Source: the human T2T-CHM13v2.0 reference genome, Homo sapiens | Reading direction: 5' to 3' (one strand) | Length of the DNA stretch: 64,000 nt | NCBI RefSeq assembly: GCF_009914755.1 | Contig: NC_060927.1 | Part shown: piece by piece, positions 46,226 through 64,000 of the stretch | Position numbering within the stretch: position 1 is the stretch's first letter | Layout: every line of letters begins with the position of its first letter | Made by a program: the position numbers and the translations under genes | The notes under the pieces: model-generated | The model's input: the letters and a program-made list of their open reading frames with translations, nothing else | What the model was told of the DNA's origin: nothing | Database searches by the model: none

Positions 46226-49200
46226 ACCCACCCCCCCCTTTTTTTTTTTTTGCTTTTGCTATATCCCTTTGAATGAGTTTTATACTTTAATTATCTTATT
46301 TGAATTGAACAACATTAAATAAATAACAATCTGAATTAAATAACATAATTCTGCCTTTCAGAATAGGAAAAAAATATTCAGGTAGAGTGATGTTAATTGC
46401 CCCTAAGATATAAAATTTGGAAAGAGCCAGCTATGCCATAACACCTGGTAAAGATTATGACCTAAAAGAGAGAAACAGAGAGACAGAAGAAATAGATGTT
46501 AATTATTTCTTTCATATTTTCTGACTTCCTTGTTATTAATTTAACATGAACATTTCAAGTTATTCCTTCTGTATTATATATCTCTGGCAGGCAAAAGATA
46601 ATTTTCAAGTTGGGTTATGAACCTTTGCAGAGCATTTTAAATCACAATTTAAGCATGATGTTGAAGTCCTCTGATGTGTGTTTATGCATGAAACATCTGG
46701 AAATGAGCATCCAACAATAAATTAAAAGGTTTAAAAAGCGTCATATCTTTATTTTCTTACTTTAATAAATCAAATTATGCCTTTCTCCTTATATGTGAAT
46801 TACACATCTATCCTTTCTCAATCACAGACACACACACACACACACGAAAAGGAAAAAAGATGTATATCCCTGTGAAATAGTGGGAATCATTTATCCTACA
46901 TCAACTAAATATGTTTAATAAGGTATTATGTGGTACTTGCCTGCCAGTTTGAAATAGTTTATTTCACATAAGCATCCAACATAGTGATTGCTTTACAACT
47001 CTAAGAATCTCATCTAGAAATGAGACCAGTGACCTCTACTTAGCCACATTTATATGATTTACAAGTCAAGGTTTTTGTTCCACTTCTTAAAAAAAAGAAA
47101 TAAAATAAAAATCTCATATCTGTTATAGGAAAACGGATTGAGAAAGGATAGATTCAGTATACTGTTGAGTGACAATCACCATTGTAGCATTAACTTGTTA
47201 GAGTGAGCCCCGTATAGGGTGGTGTGGAGCTACCAAGGTGGGTTGTAGAGATGGAGAAGGGAATAATCCTCGTAAAGATAAATGGGCAGGTTTATATTGT
47301 TATCATCTTGACTCAAGTGCTATGGGACTGTTAGAAGAAAGCCAATAAATAAATGAGTGCCTCATTCCCATAAATTCATAGTAATTATTCCAAGATTACC
47401 CTTAAGTAGCTAAGAGATAGCTAGCAATTAATGCTCCCAAAGGACTACCCATTGCATAAAAGATAATACTGATCAAGATAAAGATGCAGTATAGGCTTAT
47501 AAGGGCATGTTTGTAGAGTATCCTGGGATTCTGAGAAATAAATTCATAGACTCTCAGTTGAAAGTAATTCAAAATCTAGATCAAAATCTTCATCAGATTC
47601 TTTTACAAATTCTTAATATGCATTTTTTTTTATCTCATATAGGATTTATCTCTGAAAGACAAGTGTTATAAAGTTCTTGGGAACACTTTGGCTCTCTTTC
47701 ATATTTGGGCATTATTTTAAACTTAAAAGTTAAATGATTAAAAGCTGTATTATCCAAAAAACTGTGTTTGATAAGAGTTGAACCTATTTGTTTGATATGC
47801 ATCACAATTTCATTAACCTATTAAGATACAAGTGATATAAAAAGAGATTAATTGACCCATAACCATATGCTTAGTACATACTTTTTCTCCAAGAAGCAAA
47901 TAGAAGCCATAAGTTAGAGGACAGACTTGTAGCCATTAATAGCACAGATAATAGCAATTTGTAACAGATAACATATACACCGGTGTCATTAACTATATAA
48001 CCAACAGAGAAAGAGCTACGGTTCTACAAAAAAGCAAGAACTATGGTTTAATGATGAAGAAATACTGTGCAGTAACCACACTTCAGAATACTGGGCTCTG
48101 CAGTTTGAATTTATGATGATGGAAGAACCAAAAAGAGAAAAATGAAGTGCCTACCTCCCAGCTTAGACAGCAACAACTAAATTTAGATATGCCAACTGTA
48201 TCTAAAATAAATCCTAAATCCAGTAAAGAGCAATAGAAACCAATCAGGGTAGCAAACAAATTCCCAAACATAATTTCATTTCATAAAAATATTCCCTAAA
48301 TATTCCATGAGACAGTATTGAAGTTATAACAGAAAGTGCTGCGCTTGCTCAAAACCCCCTTTAATACTCAAGAATATTGTGGGTTCCTTCTGGAGAGGCA
48401 GAGTGGGTCCACATGGGATCTGGGTAAGAGAGTAGATTCAAGCCAGCCAAATACATTTTAGTACTTGCACAAAAACTGCTTCTCTGGTTCCAGAATTTTG
48501 TTCTGCTTGTTAAGTAATAGGCATTCCCCAAAATTTCTGCTACTGTATTACTGTATTAGCTATGACATCTGCTGCTCTACCTGGTTATATTTGGGACAGT
48601 CCCATAACCACTTTGGGCCTTAATTTTCACCACCACACACAAAAAAACGAAAAGTGTAAGTAAATTAGACTAGAAAACATTAAAGGTCACATTTACCTTT
48701 AATATTTTGTGATTCCATTTTGTTTTTAAAAGAAGAGTCATGAGATGTTGGTGAGGTTTAAAATTTGTGCCAGTGATAACTTACCACTCCACCTCCAACT
48801 TTATTATAACTTCAGGTGCATATTGATGACCCAATAAGAAAATAGAAAAGTTCAGGAAGAAATAAGCAAAGAAAAAAACAGTGCCTTTGATAAAGTTTTC
48901 AACTTATAATTTGTAAAGTAGAAAAGTTATAGGTAAAATTTTTCTGTAAGTAAAATCAAGGTTGGGATATGTATAATATACATTGTATGGGGTAAAATAT
49001 TCTGTATGTCTGATTTTACTGATATACATTAGATTTTTTTTACCCCTGAGGTTCAGCTCCTAGTTAAGGTAGGTTAAGAGTCTATTGGTTTTTGTTCTTC
49101 CCCCAAACCCAAGAAATATTTAGTGAGTTTGACCAGGTATTAGGCCCTATTGCTGATTAAAACCTAGTGATAGAGAAAAGAAGGCTCAGTGCTCTTGAGA

Positions 49201-49304
49201 AGCCCATTTGTTGGTGCCAGTCCACTGGGAGCAACAAATAAGTGTGTCATTATTTCCCAATATGGTGTGGTGTGTGCTGTTTTCGTTATAATTATTCAAT
49301 AATT

Positions 49305-50600
<1,296 letters not shown>

Positions 50601-50750
50601 GATATGTGCACACTGCAATCAGATTCAAAGATGTTAAAATGCAAATTAGATTGTGTTGATTCCTTACTTAAATTCCAAATGTTCAGCATTTTTCAGTTAA
50701 TCATTAATCTAGTAATATTTATGAACTGCCTAGCTACTACATACTGGACA

Positions 50751-50753
50751 CTT

Positions 50754-50823
<70 letters not shown>

Positions 50824-50947
50824 GCTTTCTTTCTTTCTTTTTCTCTTTCTTCCCTTCCTTCCTTCCTTCCTTCCTTCCTTCCTTCCTTTCTTTCTTTCTT
50901 TCTTTCTTTTTCTTTCTTTCTTTCTTTCTTCTTTCTTTTTTTTTTTT
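50751..50947. repeat. Compound (TTTC)n/(TTCC)n microsatellite derived from an Alu tail
   Basis: ~200 bp almost pure pyrimidine tract abutting the Alu 3' end. Confidence 0.95.
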
Positions 50948-51229
50948 GAGACACAGCCTCCCTCTGTTGCCTAGGCTGGAGTGCAGTCGCAAGATCTGGG
51001 CTCACTGCAACCTTTGCCTCCCTGGTTCAAGCAATTCTCCTGCGGCAGCCTCCTGAGTAGCTGGGACTACAGGCACATACCACCATGCCTGGCTAATTTT
51101 TGTATTTTTCGTAGAGATGGGGTTTCGCCGTGTTGGCCAGACTGGTCTCAAACTCCTGACCTCAAGTGATCTACCTGTCTTGGCCACGGGAAGTGCTAGG
51201 ATTACAGGCATGAGCCATCACACCTGCCG
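50948..51229 (-). mobile_element. AluS (Sz/Sx-like)
   Basis: Reverse dimeric Alu; degenerate TSD ggacactttct / aggcacttttct. Confidence 0.93.
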
Positions 51230-51860
51230 TTCCAGGCACTTTTCTAAGCATTAGGTGTTCAGTAATGAATAAGAAAGCCAATGTGCCTGTCGTCCTGGGT
51301 CAGGTCCCTGAGTCTACCTCCTCTGGTTTCATTGTCCACCATTCTTCTTGAATCCTAGATTGCATTCATGATGAATGACAATGGTGTCTCCAAACTTGCT
51401 CCTCATTTCTCCCAGGTTTCTCTTCTTTTTCTAAATCTGCAAGGAGCTAGAAGACAATGGCCCAGGCTGATCCTAAATGGGTACAAAAGTAAATAACTGT
51501 GATATGAAAAGGATTGTGGTATCTATAACACTCAACTTCCTTTCAAGACTGGAGTTAGCAGTCTTCCTTTATTTCAATGATGTGAGAAGCAGGATCATTT
51601 GCTGAGGTGGACAGCAAGACTGAGGATTGAGATGCTTGTGAATGCTTGAAGTAGCTCCCATGAAGAATGTGAAAGAAAGCTGACCAGGAAATAATAGAAA
51701 GATTGAGGACATCACTGAGGATTCAGGAACCTGGAGATCATGACAGAAGCTGCTGCCCCAAAAAGCACTGTTATTAATTAGGGAAAGAGTTATAGGATGA
51801 AGATGAGAAGAGATTAAATCCAAGGGAAAAGGGAAAACTGGGAGGCAGCAGCAAGAGAAG

Positions 51861-52002
51861 AAATGGTAATTTTCTGTACTTTCTCTGTTCTTCTACCAAC
51901 CTTAGTACTTTTTGCTGTTGTTCAAAAAATAAATGGTGATTTACTGTGCTTTCTCTCTTCTACCAACCTTAATACTTTTTGCTGTTGTTCAAGAAAATAA
52001 AT
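51861..52002 (+). repeat. ~70-bp tandem duplication (2 copies)
   Basis: aaatggtRattt.ctgtRctttctct...cttctaccaaccttaRtactttttgctgttgttcaa..aaataaat at 51861 and 51931. Confidence 0.92.
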
Positions 52003-53029
52003 TATTCTTGTGCAATTTCTAGAGGCTTGATGGATTCTCAGGACATTTACTGGGAACTATTTGCCATGTGGAATTATAATGTACACATATTGATAAACAG
52101 AAAACGAACTAAGTGTGACTGTAACAGTGACTAGATGACATAGCCTGATGACCCTGTGTATCACACTCTGTTCAAGCAGGTCTAGGGATAATTGGAATCA
52201 CTGGCTTATTTTCTCTCTTCCAGAGCACACTTCCCTTCTTATAAGAAAAGAATAAACTCTTTCTGTATGCAGGAATAATTTATTGGTTGTCCTTCTAGTG
52301 TTTAAATATCTGGGTTTTCTCAAGGTCATTCATTCAAATCACCTCCCTAGAATTACCTCTAACCTATTCCCTAGTTCTGTGGTTTTCTCCTGCCCCTAAA
52401 CTATGCTGCTAATTGTCGGGTAGACTACACTATGTAGTAACAGCTGTAAAAACATCTAGTAACAAGTTTCTCAGTGTGAAGGTATCATTGTAAACAGTAA
52501 GAGCCAAAAAAAGAAGAGAATATAAATGCACTTTTATGCATACATAATGTTTTCTTTTATACTGCTAAATAAAATTGAATAAAGCCATCTAAAGGATGAA
52601 ATCTTATTGACTTTCAAAGAATAAAAAATCTCTCCCAAATCATTCATGATATGATTTGTTCTAGATAAAGAGTGTGATAAATCCAAATTGGGAAGGGCTG
52701 TAGATAAACCCATATTACAGGCATGAATTCGCATCCAGGAATTCAGGAGAGTAAGAACCAACCTGCCAGGCTGCAGGATAAGGCAATCAATCATCACTGA
52801 GAAATCTTCACCAAGTTTCTAATGGTCTTATGTAGGGCTGGATAAAAACCGGTAAAAATCTTCATCACTGAAAATTTAACAGACCCCCTTTTAATGCAAT
52901 TTCTAGTTAAAAAAAATCCATGAAATTAACAAATGAAAATCTGGTAAGGTCCTCATTTAATCCAATGATGACATTTTAATGCTAGTTTTCTTGTGGTTGC
53001 TGCTGCTGTTGTCAGAATATGTTACCGTG

Positions 53030-53501
53030 CCATTTTTCAAATTTTCATTTTGGTATAATTTCAGTCTTATAGAAAAAGTTGTAAAAATATTACAGTTCTC
53101 ATATAACCTTCACTAACTTTCCCCTGTAATTTTAGTATTTTGCATAATCATAAGATTATTTTCAAAACCAAAAAATAAATATTAGTATGGTAGTATTAAT
53201 TAGGTTGGTGCAAAAGTCATCATGACTTTGCCATTAAAACTTAAAAGACTTTTGCATCAACCTAATACTAAACTATAGACTTTCATTCAGGTTTTGTCAG
53301 GTTTTTCACTAATGTCCTTTTCGCTGCTCCAGGATCCAGTCCAGGATCCCACACTGCATTTTGTTATCACGTCTCATTAGTATTTTCAAATCTGTGACAA
53401 TTCTTCAACCTTTCCTTGTCTTTTATGACCTTGAAACCTTTCATGTGCACTAATCAGTTATTTTGTAGACTGTCCCTCAGTTCGGGTGTGTCTTGTTTTC
53501 T
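53030..53501 (-). mobile_element. L1MC-type 3' end (host of the young L1; continues 60013-60628)
   Basis: ccaggatccagtccaggatcccacactgcattt...ttttgtagactgtccctcag joins aatgattagattatggttatgcatttttggcag across the TSD. Confidence 0.8.
53200..53265. mobile_element. MADE1 (Hsmar1-derived mariner MITE)
   Basis: Inverted repeats ttaggttggtgcaaaagt ... acttttgcatcaacctaa followed by TA. Confidence 0.9.
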
Positions 53502-53868
53502 TTTTTTTGTTTTTTTTTTTTTGTTTGTTTGTTTTAAAGAAGTTTGTTGTTGTTGTTTTTAATTTTTAAAAATAATTTCAACTTTTATGTTAGATTCAGA
53601 AGGTCCCTGTACAGGTGTGCTGTATTAGTCAGGGTTCTCTTAGAAGGACAGAACTAATAGGATATATATATATAAAGGGGAGTTAATATTAAGTATTAAC
53701 TCACATGATTAGAAGGTCCCACAATAGGCCATCTGCAAGCTGAGGAGCAAGGAGAGCCAATCTGAGTGGCAAACTGAAGAACTTGGAGTCCGATGTTCGA
53801 GGGCAGGAAGCATCCAGCACAGGACAAAGATGTAGACTGGGAGGCTAGGCCTGTCTTGTCGCTTCATG
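53502..53868 (-). other. L1 3'-transduced segment: second tail + old L1 3'-end fragment + partial MLT2A LTR (53621-53868)
   Basis: Lies between the left TSD copy (53484-53501) and the L1's own tail; the MLT2A sequence (tgtattagtcagggttctc...gagggcaggaagcatccagcac) does not resume on the other side of the L1. Confidence 0.9.
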
Positions 53869-59994
<6,126 letters not shown>

Positions 59995-60012
59995 GGGTGT
60001 GTCTTGTTTTCT

Positions 60013-60628
60013 AATGATTAGATTATGGTTATGCATTTTTGGCAGTGGCATCACAGAAATTATACACCGTTCTCAGTGCATTGTATCAGGGGGCACATGA
60101 TGCCCACATGCTTTATTCGTGAGGATGTTAGCATGGAGCACTTGATTAAGAGAGTATCTTCTAGATTACTACACTATAAAGTTATTTTTCCCTTTTTGTA
60201 AAAAATATATATTTTGGGGAGGGATAATTTAGGCTTTGCAAATATCCTATTTCTTCTCAAACTTTTGTGCACTAATTTTATCATCCATCCATAATTTTCT
60301 TTTGTATTTGAATGTTGATTTTCCTATTTCTCTCTTGCCTTCTGTATTTGTCAATTAGAATTCTTCTCTACAGAAGAGCTCTATTTCAGATTGTTCTATA
60401 CATAGAATTATGCAATATGTAGCCTTTGGATTTGGCTTCATTCTCTTAGCAGAATGCATGTGAAATTCATCCATATTTTTTGTTGTTGTGTAATATTCCT
60501 TTGTACGCAAGCACCCTAGTTGGTTTTTGTATCCAGTGGTTGAAGGACACCTGGGATGTTTCCAGTTTGAGTGATTATTGATAAAACTTGTATAAACAAT
60601 CACATACAGGTTTTTATGTAAACATATA
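60013..60628 (-). mobile_element. L1MC-type remnant (continuation of 53030-53501)
   Basis: Continues the L1MC 3' region; then gaaggacacctgggatgtttccagttt ORF2-end-like sequence. Confidence 0.7.
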
Positions 60629-62480
60629 CAATCATGCACCCCATAACTATTTTATGTCAATGGTGGATTGCACATACGAAGGTGAAGCCATCGGATTATA
60701 ATGGAGCTGGAAAACTCCTATCACCCAGTGACATCCTAGCCATCCTAATATAGTGCAAAGTATTACTCACTTGTGGGTGATGATGCTGGCATAAACAAAC
60801 ATACTGCACTGCTAGGCATGTAAAAGTCTAGCATATACAATTATACACTGTACATAATGCTTGATAATAAATGACTATGTTACTGGTTTGTGTATTAGCT
60901 AACTATACATTTTATCATTAATTTCAGAGTGTACTCCTATTTATTAAAAAATGTTTACTATAAAACACTATGTGGTTTATGCCAGCAGCAGCCTCAGGCA
61001 TCATGTGTTTACTGCCTCTTGTTTACATCGTATTCTCTTGTGCTTGATTTAATCTTGTGTGGTTTTGTGGCCCCTAAATGTGCAAAATCCACTGCTAATG
61101 TTGCCAGGAAGAGGCTACATTAAGTGATTGACTTGCAAACACTAAAGGTGATTAAAGATGAGAAAATTGGAAAATCACTGATAATTGTTGCTCACCAGTC
61201 AGGCATGTCCCATTCCACCATAGCTATGATCTTGAAGAATAAGAACAAAATGTCAGAATCTGTTAAAGGATCTGCTTCATTGGAGGCAGCAAGACTAACA
61301 AAACTTGAAGAAGGGCCTATATCAGATGTGAAGAAACCTCGAATGACTCTGGATTGAACACCAGACACAGAAATGTAGCTCTCTCAGAACCCTGATCATC
61401 TTGGCCAAAGCAAAAAGTTTGTTTACAATGTTGAAATAAAAGGCTGGTGGGCATTGTGGCACACACCTGTAGTCCCAGCTACTCAGGAGGCTGAGGCAGG
61501 AGAAAAACTGGAACTCAGGAGGCAGAGGTAGCAGTGAGCCGAGCATCATGCTACTGCACTCCAGCCTGGGCGACAAGGCGAGACTCTGTCTCCAAAATAA
61601 TAAAATAAAATAAAATAAAATAAATAAAATAAAATAAAAGTCTGGACCCATCTATGTTGAATTTCCTGCTAGCTCTGGGGGCTTAAAAATTCAATAATCA
61701 TTATTCATTACATATGTGAAAATGAGAGTGAGTGGTGAGTCTGTGAGTGTTCATGTAAAAGCAGCTGAAGAATTTTTGAAAACTCTAGATAAGCTGATTG
61801 TGAAGGAAAATTATTTGCCAAAGCAAATCTCCAGTATGGATGAAACCTCCCTATTCTGGAAACAGATACCAGAAAGGACTTTCATCTGTAGGAGGCCAAG
61901 TCAATTCCAGGTTTCAAGGCTTTTAATGACAGGATAACAGTCTTGCTTGGGGGAAATGTTGCAGGCTAAAAATCAAAACATTTTATGATCTCTCACAGTA
62001 AGAACCCTAAAGTCTTGAGCATATCAGTAAGCACAGACATCCATTTTACTGCAGGGACAATAAGAATATGTGGATGACCCAGTCCCTCTTCCAAGATGCC
62101 CTCTTGAATTGCTATGCCAGCAAAATGGAGAAATGCTGTGTGGAAATAATGTATCTTTCAAGATGTTGCTTATTGTTGATAATGCTCCCACACATCCTTT
62201 TTTTTATTTGTGATCTTCATCCCCATATTAAAGTGGTGTCTCTTCGTCCAAACACCAAATCTTTAACCCAACTAATGAATCAAGGAGTTAATAGCTTTTA
62301 AGGCCTATGACCTGAGAAGGATCTTTGTTCAGGCTATTGCAGCAACCAAGGAAAACACTGGGAAGACACTGATGCAATTCTGCAAGAATTAAAACATCTC
62401 TGACTGCATCGAGAGCCTTGCTTGGGCTTGGAATGATGTCACCAAGAAGTATATGAATGGTACCAGGAAGAATACATTCA
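60629..62480 (+). mobile_element. Tigger3 (GOLEM) DNA transposon with decayed pogo/CENP-B-like transposase
   Basis: TA + caatcatgc terminus; HTH-like peptide (VAHQSGMSHSTIAMILKNK) and DDE-region motif DETSLFWKQIPERTFI in broken frames. Confidence 0.85.
61448..61631 (+). mobile_element. 5'-truncated Alu (right arm) with (TAAAA)n tail
   Basis: TSD aaataaaagKctgg (61434-61447, 61632-61645) inside the Tigger3 element. Confidence 0.9.
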
Positions 62481-64000
62481 AGAAATAGAGGGGGAAATCC
62501 TGTGTGATATTAAGATGGGGGTATATTAAGATGGTGAGACCATGATCTGTTGAGGACCTACTTTATTTTATTTATCTTGGTCCCTACCATATTGCTAAAC
62601 ACACATTAAGCAGTAAGTACATATAGATGAAGGAAAATGTCAATAAAAGACAAAAAGGAAGGAAAGGAGAGGAAAAGAGTGAAAAGAAAGGAAAGAAATG
62701 AGAAAGGAAAGGAAAGAAGGAACCTAATTTTTCAAGGACTTCAAGCTCAATTCTAAATTTTAACACTTTCTAATGTCAGTCACATTTATATAAAATTAGA
62801 AGCTCTTCTCATAATTGTGCTTCTCTATACTTTTGCAATTTCTCCTACCTTTGTGCAGCAATCATATTTTAGCTGTGTTTCTCCTCTGAACTTTTAACTC
62901 TCTATATTATAATTATTTAGGTACATGCCTTTCTACATAGACCAGAATCAACTTGAAAGTAAGACCACAGCAAATTCATCTTTATATTCCCCCACATTAT
63001 CTAGTCTGTATCTTGTATTTTATGGCATTCAATCCTAGTTGTGAAATGAATACAGAAATAGAGCACAGTCTTCTGTTTTCTGGGCCTGAGAAGTAAAAGT
63101 AGGCACACCTTAGTCCACTTGTGATTGAGATAAAGCAACAGAATGATGTAAATTCATTGACATTTTCATTGGGTTATATCAATCACTGTTGGTATATTTA
63201 TTCATTTTTCTCTCATCACAATTGTCAAACAAAGACATCAGTGATTTTTTTTCTCCTTTCATTTACATGCAATTGCTGTTTTGGGATTCTTAGCCCTGAA
63301 AATAATGTGTTGACCTTTCTCCTGCACATTAACAAGCATGATTCTTTTGAAATAGGTTTAGTTTTTATTCTAGCATAGCCATATATTATATATAACATGC
63401 TGTTGTGTTTAGTATGGCTCTCCATAAATACAACGAGCTATAGCACCTCTGTGACTTTGTCACTATTTTATATACCTAATGGCTGAACTATTCCATTACA
63501 CTGAAATGATAGTACACAAACATGTCTTCCATTAGCTACAGTTTCTGTGATTTAATGATTTATTTAATATAGAGTATATCTCATTGCAAGAAATTCCAGG
63601 ACATTCTCTGGGGAATACAAGTCTGGAAAGGAAATACAAAGCTACTGGAGGGACTTGAGCAAAGAAAAAGGCTGCTTAAAGAGAATAAGAATCAAGAGAG
63701 AATATACTGAGATTTCTTAGCTTGTTCCCCAAATGGAGAAACTAGTTATTTCCCTAAAAGAGGATATATAATTAATATAATTACTTCTTATATGTCAGCT
63801 AAATAAAGTTGCTAAAACAAAAACAAAAGCTTTCCTCATGTTAACTGTAATGTTTCAAATTATTCTTCTTAAATGAAACAATGTTCCTAGGTCATAGAGT
63901 TGATTGCTAACAGACTCAGAAAATATTTCACACAAGCTACCTCCACGCAGAAAATGTGGAAGACTGTGTTTATCAAATGATGAAAGTTTTAATTACATAA

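Noticed and set aside
50604-51056. 150-aa hydrophobic and Lys/Glu/Arg-rich ORFs
   Set aside because: Translations of the (TTTC)n microsatellite and adjacent Alu.
61060-62470. Domesticated TIGD/CENP-B-like gene
   Set aside because: Multiple stops and frameshifts plus an Alu insertion; it is a decayed Tigger3 transposase.

Overview
Primate (most likely human) genomic DNA, AT-rich and repeat-dense, lying entirely inside a large receptor tyrosine kinase gene on the + strand. The only host coding sequence I can find is one 186-bp phase-1/phase-1 exon (44136-44321) encoding the kinase N-lobe of an EphA receptor, which I recognise as EPHA6. The rest is intron: two full-length antisense L1PA elements, a ~10-kb nested and rearranged older L1 complex, nine Alus, MaLR/ERV LTRs, DNA-transposon fossils (MER1, Tigger3, MADE1), and L2/MIR/CR1 remnants. 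Nearly all ORF-track entries are repeat-derived or spurious. I see no evidence of a new multi-gene biological system. The best sequence-supported oddities are: (1) both full-length L1s carry 3' transductions (~220 bp and ~370 bp) bounded by displaced target-site duplications; (2) a ~190-bp direct repeat of unique-looking sequence brackets the in-frame kinase exon; (3) a TSD-less AluY sits at a multi-kb L1 deletion; (4) an inverted Alu pair is separated by only 84 bp; (5) an open ORF0-like frame in the upstream L1 has a candidate donor in phase with the kinase exon. Repeat subfamily names come from memory of consensus sequences and need RepeatMasker/Dfam confirmation.
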